Shown: in pieces, positions 56,369 to 64,000 of the stretch
Layout: each line of letters begins with the position of its first letter
How positions within the stretch are numbered: position 1 is the first letter of the stretch
Origin: Eledone cirrhosa
Taxonomy: Eukaryota
Reading direction: 5' to 3'
Assembly: GCA_964016885.1 (NCBI GenBank)
Contig: OZ024742.1
Location: forward strand, 316,944,001 to 317,008,000
Length of the DNA: 64,000 nucleotides
Translations under genes and position numbers: made by a program
The notes under the pieces: model-generated
Databases searched by the model: none
The model's input: the letters and a program-made list of their open reading frames with translations, nothing else
Told to the model about the DNA's origin: nothing

Positions 56369-58098
56369 TTACCTCTCTGCGTCCCGGGTATCGGGCTGCA
56401 CAATTTCCATTAGGGTGGGGGATGGGTTGTTGGGTGGGGTGGTGGTTTGTGGAAGTGTGGGGGCATCAGTGTGTTGTGTGGTTGGGGAGCTTGGAGTTGT
56501 GTGGGTGTTTGGGGAGGGGGTGGGATAGTTTTTTAGGAGGACGCGGTTAATGGGCCCGACGCAGGGGGGACCCACGTCCTCTTTAAAATTGTTTTTTAAA
56601 GTTTTATAGGTGTCCTGTGGGGCCTTAATCATTTTGAGGTGGGGGAAATCCCCTGCCTGGGTGAAGTTAGGCCCTTGTGTTTTTATTAGATTGTTGTTGT
56701 ACACAATGTTTAACAGTTTTTTGTTTCTTGTATTTATGTATGTGTATGCATGTTTTTGTTTTTGTGTGGTGTTTTTTGTTTGCTGTTGTTGTGAGCTCTT
56801 TTGTGTTGGTGTCAGTGTTATGTTTTGGGGAGGGGTTTTTTTCATTTGTGTGTCTGAGGTGTGTTTTCTTTTTTTTCTTTTGATTGTGTGAAAGTGCTCC
56901 TCCTCGTCTGACGACGAACTAGGGTCATCTTCCACGTTGGAGGGGAGGGGTATATTTTCGGGTTGTGTTTGCGGTACGGGTGTTTTGGAAATTGTTTTTG
57001 TTTTTTGAGTGGAGGGGATGGGTTGGACATTGTTTTGTTTTGGTTTGAGCTGTGGTGGTTGTTTTTGTAGTGGTAGTTGTGGTGATTGTGTTGGTTGTGC
57101 AGTTGTTGGTGGTGTAGGCAGGATTGGGGTTTTCTTATTAAGTTGGGGACAGACAGCCCTCAGGTGACCTCTGGTTCCGCAGAGGTAACACGAGGGCCGT
57201 CTACCCTCAACGGTAATGTTGATGAAGGTTAGATCATCCAGTATGACGCGTTCAGGGATCTGGGCGATCCTTTCGGGCCTCATTTGAACTACAAGTTCGA
57301 GGCTCGTTCCACTGAACGCGTCACCCGATGCCTTTCCCATGGACACCAGCATGTCATCCTCCAGGTCCAGAAAACCTGTCAAAACCCACCATATGTCCAT
57401 AATCGGCAGGATGGTGTGGATTTTTATTTTTTGTGTTCTTCTACTCATGTACGTAGGGTAGAAGGTGTATGCGGTGGATGTGATTGGTTTGATGGACAGT
57501 TTCACTGCTGTGTCCCTGTCCTTCATGAGAATGGATAGACTCCCGTAGAGTCTATCCTTCTGAATGAAGGTGATGTCCTTCATGACGTCTTTTAAAACCA
57601 GCTCTATCTCGCTCTGTGATGGTTGAGCTGGTCTTTTACTTTTGTTCGAGATTGTCCTAAACATGACCGTGTTTAGGAGTCTCTGGCTTTTTAGTTCCGG
57701 GGGGGGGGATGGATTGTGAATGAACCATTTTCCCCGTACACTATATATATTTTCGCATCCGCCAGTAGCTCCTTCGCTTTTGTTATATCTACTGGCAGAT
57801 AGTCGAGGGTTTTCCTTGTCGTCTCGGCGAAGGAGAAATTTTGTTTGTTTGTGTTGTTGTTATCATTGTTGTTGTTGTCACCGTTATTGGTCTTGTTGTT
57901 GTTGTTATTGTTATTGTTATTGGTGTTGTTTTCGTCCGTCGCATTGTTGTTGTTGTTGCTGTTGCTGCTGGTTCTTTGGGTTGTTGCCATGGCAACGTCA
58001 AGTTGTCTGTTAACAGATGGAGAGAATTCTTCCTCTGGCTGACCTTTCTTCTTGACCTCTGCTACTGTGACAGTGGCAGGGGGAAGCTGTAAGTTCAT
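56369..58098 (-). CDS. LINE ORF1 (gag-like, zinc knuckle), split by a 1-nt indel in a C10 run at 57699-57708
   Basis: ATG at 58098, poly-Asn tract; adding one C joins it to the 431-aa frame containing VEGRRPS-CYLCGTRGHLRAVC (CX2CX4HX4C) and a P/Q/K-rich tail. Confidence 0.85.
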
Positions 58099-58359
58099 CT
58101 TCCCCTTTCCTCCTTCGAATTTTGGTGAGAAGCTTCGGCTATTTAAAAAAATATTGACTTTTCAACAAGAAAAAACTTTTTTTTTTTGTTTAACTATTTC
58201 GCCTAAAGGCGCAGAATATTTTGAGAGACTGACCAGATCAAAGTTTGACCTGGCAGTCCCTCTACAAAATGGTACAAAAATTAAAGTTATCAGACAAGAA
58301 TTTCTATAGAAATTTAAACAGAACTTACTCAGCAAGTTATACGCGTGTGTCCATCCCAG

Positions 58360-58414
<55 letters not shown>

Positions 58415-58444
58415 CACGGATGTGTATGATTGTGTATAGAAGAT

Positions 58445-58835
58445 TATATTAATAAGAGGAATTCCAACTTTGTCTGATTTACTCGTTTTATTTACAATCC
58501 TTTAAAATTTATAATGGTATTATAATGAAATAGTATGATAGAATATTAAATGTTAAGTGTTAATTGAACAAGTACTTTCATGCTTTCGCAATCTTCAGGT
58601 TCATAATATGTGGTGACAGTCAAGTTTGCAATTTTCAACTGTTGAAAATTGCAAACTTGACTGTCACCACATATTATGAACCTGAAGATTGCGAAAGCAT
58701 GAAAGTACTTGTTCAATTAACACTTAACATCTAATATTCTACCATACTATTTCATTATAATACCATTATAAATTTTAAAGGATTGTAAATAAAACGAGTA
58801 AATCAGACAAAGTTGGAATTCCTCTTATTAATATA
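58445..58835. mobile_element. ~390-bp near-perfect palindromic element with a hammerhead in each arm
   Basis: Centre TTTTCAAC-T-GTTGAAAA at 58640; right arm runs into (TA)n. Confidence 0.85.
58677..58715 (+). ncRNA. Minimal type I hammerhead ribozyme (mirror copy on the minus strand at 58565-58603)
   Basis: TGAAC-CTGAAGA-T-TGC-GAAA-GCA-T-GAAAG-TA-CTT^GTTCA; palindromic AAGTACTT. Confidence 0.8.
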
Positions 58836-59009
58836 TATATATATATATATATATATCGCGCGCGCGTGTGTATGTGTGTGTGTATGTGTGTGTGTTTATG
58901 TATGTTATTAGATTTAAGAGGGATTATGTCATAGTAGATTTAGTGTTTCTAGAATAAAGTGGGAAATATTAAAACTTAATTGTATGAAACTTTCTATTAT
59001 TAAATATAT

Positions 59010-59138
59010 TAAATAATTGTTTCTACTTTTGGCACAGGGCCAGCAATTATCCCAGTGTACCACAGGTACTTTATTTTATCGACCCCGTAAGGATGAAAGG
59101 CAAAGTTAACCTCGGCGGGATTTAAACTCGGACCATAA
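59010..59138 (-). mobile_element. 5'-truncated tRNA-derived SINE, dominant family
   Basis: Matches 1905-2030; flanked by repeated TAAATATATTAAATAAT. Confidence 0.85.
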
Positions 59139-59784
59139 ATATATTAAATAATGCATTATATCTATTATCTAAAATGTTAATCTGGAAGAAAATCTACTCA
59201 TAATTGAACCGACACTGCAGCAGAAATAACCAAGCCAACGTGTGCAGCAGAAATGTCTAGCGGCATGGATGTTCAATGCACGTCGACTATTCGTGTTAGT
59301 ATAAAACAAGCAATGACATGTTGCTAAAAACCGAAAGAGAAAGAAATCATGGGAGTAAAAGAACTTGAAAGTCACAACTCATTAATTTATATCAGATGAA
59401 GACGTAATGATAATGACACGAAGCACAGTTGTCATTATGCATAATTGGGTAACAGTATGTTTTGTTGAATGGCCTTCAGGACTATAATTGCCTGTCAATA
59501 AACTCATCTTTCGAGTAAATATTTACAAAACATATATCTACCTAATTGTTTGATCGCTGATTCCTGATCACAATTAGAATGGTATTTAGATAAACATAAT
59601 GCTGAACATGAGGTGCATAATCCGTCAACTCTACAATCATGATGACAGTGATAGAAGCAGTTGAGGGTGTTCACAATTATATTTTGAATACACAATAGAT
59701 TAAGATTATGACGTATTAAACATTTCTCATGTAGGCGAAACAATTAAGTCCCAATTTAATTATCGCATTATACACGAGGCTTTC

Positions 59785-59990
59785 AATGTTATCGGTAGAG
59801 CGTCGGATAGCATGTTTTATGGCATAGTGTTACGCGCCTTTATGATTTGAGTTCAAAATACTGCCGAGGTTAACTTTGCCTTTCATCCTTAAGGGGTCGA
59901 TAAAATAAAGTACCGGTAATGCACTGGGTTTGGTTTAATCAACTTTCCCCTGTCCCCAAATTGTTGGCTTCAATCAGAAACCAATATTTT
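59785..59990 (+). mobile_element. tRNA-derived SINE, dominant family
   Basis: ATCGGTAGAGCGTCGGA..GAGTTCAAA..GAGGTTAACTTTGCCTTTCATCC..GATAAAATAAAGTACC. Confidence 0.85.
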
Positions 59991-61031
59991 CTAAATAAAC
60001 ATATAATTAGAGATAATCATTAAACATCCCATTATTAATTTAATGATAGGATGTAATTTTAATCATTTGTAATTTGTAGAAATATGAGTAATATTAGAGA
60101 GAATTGATTAAAACATAATTTAGGTAAAATATAATTTTAGGACTCATAGATTTCGACATGTACTAAGTTAATATTCGATAAGACAGAATGCAAAGTCTAC
60201 ATTTTCGAAATGATCTACACTGCCTGAATTTGTTCTGGCAAAAAGGAATGTACAAAAATGTAGTAATGGTAAAACTGCATTAATACAAACATTACTGAGT
60301 TAAGAACGATGTGTAATCTTTAATATATAACAACTGGACTCCGCCAGATTTGGAATCCCACGAATCGCCCTTTGCCACTACAGTGCCCCTACGACTTAAT
60401 CTGGAGTTACGGGACCATGCCATACCATGTCAGCTTTATAGTGCATACTTTTCATATAATTCTAAATATTTAGGTTTTACTACTTTCCTTATAAACACTT
60501 CATCTCTACAGTCGACCACTTGTCAATTCCTTTTAGCAGTTCGAGTAAATTCAAAGCTATAAAAATTACAAACAAAATGACATATATATACAATTGCAAT
60601 GGGGTCATGTTTTATTTAATGTTTCCTTTATTCAATATTGAAATAACTATTTTACGTGCAAAGGCCCAGAGTATGAAACACCAGAATAAAGAAAGCATAA
60701 CATAATAATGAAATAAAGAGAATAAAATACGTATAAAAGAGAATAACAAAATAAGATGGATACAAGAAGAGGATAAAAAGAAAATAAACAAGAACACATG
60801 ATGTATAGGTTGTTTAAAGAAAAACAATAAACATTATAAACATCCTGTAACTTCCTAAGGAAAAATAAATATTTAACATTTCTTCTGAGAGAGAAATAAA
60901 CACCCGTGCAGTTATATGTGACAAACCGATTAGATGAGTGAGTGAGTTTCTGTATTGTACTTATTTATGTATTTTATCTCATATGTATTGTTGAAATATA
61001 TATACATATATCTATCTACAACATACATTCA

Positions 61032-61221
61032 TATGGGCCGGCTGAATTGTTCAGAGACTGACACAATACTCTCATGGAATCACCAAATGGGATTTATTTT
61101 TCAACATAATCCCTAAAAGGGAACAATACAGTTATTAATAAGAAGAGTTCAATTTAATGCATGCAAAACTTCACAGCTCAATACGTTATAGTCAGCTTAT
61201 GAACTTTTAACCGACCCTAGT
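61032..61221. mobile_element. Mariner-like MITE remnant
   Basis: Imperfect TIRs GGGCCGGCTGAATTGTTCA and TGAACTTTTAACCGACCC. Confidence 0.5.
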
Positions 61222-61991
61222 TTCTATTATTAACATTATTTATAAATAGTTTCTCCACACAGTTGCATGCTACCTAAGGTTTCAAAGACTACTCTAGCAT
61301 AGATCATAGCAGTGTCATATCTATTAGTGTTGCTCATTTAGCTATAAATTGTAAGATTAGTAATCTTGTGGATCCCTCATCAGAAGATTATTGCCACATC
61401 ATAAAATAAATATCCTATGATTCTGTCATTGTATAGCTTAAAGGTTAATCCAATTATTTTCACTAATATAAATTCACAGCCATAAACCCTGTAGCGTAAT
61501 ATAAATGTTGTTATACTCCTCATTGGGTGTGACAGCAGATCTTATGACCAGCTAGATGCTTACACTGTCACCGAAAAGAAGGCGGGAGATGAGAACGACA
61601 TTAAGATGGACAACGCCTAAAACTTATTCAACATTGATATTTTTCTACATCTAACTCTGTCTTCTTTCTTTTGGTTTCTTCTATGTGTGTGTATGTGCAT
61701 ATGTGTGTGTATGTGCGTGTCTTCACGGCGAATTTCTTGTGCGTGAAAATGAGTATAGGAAAACCTTTTGAAAGAACATCAGATGGATTTTACCTGTAAT
61801 TCAGGGGCAGCATTCTCACAAATTGTGTTACACTCAATCTCCCTGAGTAATACGATAATAGTACACGTGTTTGTGAAATGCTCAGTCACTTACACGTTCA
61901 TTGTATGAGTAGACTGTTCTATCCATTGAGCCCATTGCTAAAACTGGCGTGAGTACATGCTGTATATATATGTGTGCGTGTGTGTCTGTAA

Positions 61992-62775
61992 TCTAGGGCG
62001 GGTAAAATTCCCGAGATCCATGGACGAGTTCTCTCAAGCGGTCTCTGTACCTCATTATCGCTGCTATGTCCTACCTTAGGGCATCAACATACGTTATCCT
62101 TGGTCTTCCTCTACCAGTGTGTCCATGTAGGGGCTCCCAGAGGAGCACTGAGTGCAATCTCAACTCTGGATGTCGGTGAGCATGTCCAGCCAACCTCAGT
62201 CTCTTCTGTGTCACTTTTGAGCTGACTTTTGGGAGGCTCCCATACAGCTCTGAGTTTTTCATCCTAAGTGTATACTGATTAATGTTCAGAGCCATCCTCA
62301 GCATTCTCGTGTAGCTACCACCACCATCTGAGTGAGTTTCTTGGTCAGTGTCCAAGTCTCACACCCGTACAGCAGCACAGACTCCACTACAGCAATGAAG
62401 AGGCGGATTTTCAGGTCTTTACGAAGGTTCGACTTCCACACATATCTCAAGCTTTGGCACGCTGCCCGGGCTTTGATCTTCCTCTCAACTACATCATCTT
62501 CTGTATTCCCAATCTTTGCTCCCAAATACAGGAAGTCCTCAACCAATTCTAGCAGCTTCCCGCCTACATTAGTGATCCCCTCTGGCTTCTCAACATTCTC
62601 TACCAGATATTCTGTTTTAGTCTCATTCATTCTCAACCCCACACTCATCGACACAGTCTCAACCTCCCGCATCAAATCCTCTGACTCGTCGTCGGCAAAT
62701 TCAGCATCTGATATCTGTTTCGCCTTAACTCTCTGGTTCTGAGCCGGTGCTACAGTAAAGCCAGAGTCCTGGTGT
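61992..62775 (-). mobile_element. 5'-truncated copy of the RTE/RTEX-type family (no inversion)
   Basis: EFADD, EDFLYLG, LLYGCETW, RLRLAGHAHRHPE; same 3' end TTTTACCCGCCCTAG as 46110-46124. Confidence 0.9.
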
Positions 62776-62797
62776 GTATATATATATACATGTGTGT

Positions 62798-62868
<71 letters not shown>

Positions 62869-63099
62869 CAAATTTTAGTACAGCATCAACGAAGCTTTTG
62901 GCAGCAACCAAGCTAACGAATGCAGATTCGGTATGTATCTATATATATGGTCCTCTCCCCACTTAAAAAAACTTCAAAGCACAGGCGTTGCTAGTTCAGG
63001 AAATGTTACAGGTTTGTGTGGCTGGCCGTTGCTTAAAAGTGCACCAAACTCTATAATCTGACAAGCAATTGCTGTACTCTTTAGAGTTTGTAGCCATCA

Positions 63100-63142
<43 letters not shown>

Positions 63143-64000
63143 TTTTATAAATAGAGCAGCAAAAACCGGAAGAAGCCTGCAATCAATAACTGTCCGTCTG
63201 AAACCAATATATAATATAACAGCTGAGATAATAGATAACGGCTATTGTTCGTGATTTTAACGACACTTCGAATATTGGAAAACCACTTCCTTCTCACACG
63301 TTTATTTTCCTTCTATTTTGTAAAACAAAATAGATATTTTTCCGTTTTATTTCATTTTTGTATAGATTTCTAATCATACATGTTCTTTATTCTTTGTATT
63401 TATTTCGTTTCGTCTATTCCTGTTTTTCATTCCTTCTTGTTTACTTTTCTATATTTAATTTCATGAACTTAAATTTAATTCTCCTTCTGCATATATTTAT
63501 TTTATTTTTGTCTGAATATTTCTAGATTGGTTCATATTTATTTTTTTAGATGTTTTAATCATTTAATATAATTTATTACTTTTTCTGTACTATTTATTTT
63601 ATTTTCTTACCTATTCATCTCCGGTTGGCGTTAATTGTGTTTTATTATATTGTTTTATGTTGTTTCTAGTAAATAAATGTCAAGTATTTTACTTTAATTT
63701 TTAATCATTTTCTTTTGATTTTCAATTTACATTTCTTAACACCAAATTCATAAGAAAACGGATATATGTTACGTTTGATATCTACTGAACTGCCCACCTT
63801 CTGATAGTTAATAACATTTTATTTCTAAACTTTGCACACTTTTATGTATTGCAAAAAATATGTTTTACTTCATTCTTACTTTCATAATCTGTTTTCTCTT
63901 TGTGATATATGTTCTTAAGAAAAATTTCCGATGGGATATTGATGGGCCTAATATATAAATTTCTTCTGATATGTGAATACGTGTTCGAATGATATTCGAT

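Larger units (their letters stand above)
52671..58360 (-). mobile_element. Near full-length L1/Tx1-clade LINE inserted in (GATA)n
   Basis: 5' UTR, ORF1, ORF2 and a 3' UTR ending AATAAAAGAAACA; TAGATAGATA at the 3' junction and (GATA)n at 58361-58414 at the 5' junction. Confidence 0.95.

Noticed and set aside
53252-58092. Plus-strand ORFs overlapping the LINE
   Set aside because: Antisense shadows of GC-rich or low-complexity coding sequence, with no motifs.
57691-58098. Separate third ORF (ORF0) of the LINE
   Set aside because: More simply the N-terminus of ORF1 split by a homopolymer indel.
63300-63950. K/N/I-rich coding remnant on the minus strand
   Set aside because: T-rich low complexity with frequent stops; cannot be assigned.

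Overview
AT-rich eukaryotic (animal) intergenic or intronic DNA, dense in (TA)n, (CA)n, (GA)n, (CATA)n and (GATA)n microsatellites. The repeat content resembles an octopod cephalopod (inference). No host gene can be called confidently. The main coding feature is a near full-length L1/Tx1-clade LINE on the minus strand (52671-58360; ORF1 with a CCHC knuckle, ORF2 APE-RT-CCHC, two frameshifts) inserted in a (GATA)n tract, with a 5'-truncated relative at 1-1678. Also present are R4/Dong-type RLE retroelement 3' ends that all sit in (CATA)n, RTE-type LINE fragments (two with 5' inversions), CRE-clade fragments, Helitron-like non-autonomous elements, tRNA-derived SINEs and MITEs. The most striking unexplained structure is a dozen or more short, mutually unrelated non-coding elements embedded in (TA)n. 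Most carry a type I hammerhead ribozyme (CUGANGA...GAAA, often with a palindromic stem III), and most form fold-back palindromes whose inverted arm joins the (TA)n tract through a TAT/ATA microhomology. This suggests a diverse Penelope-pLTR/retrozyme-like system with a stereotyped second-priming integration mechanism. All folds and alignments were done by eye.
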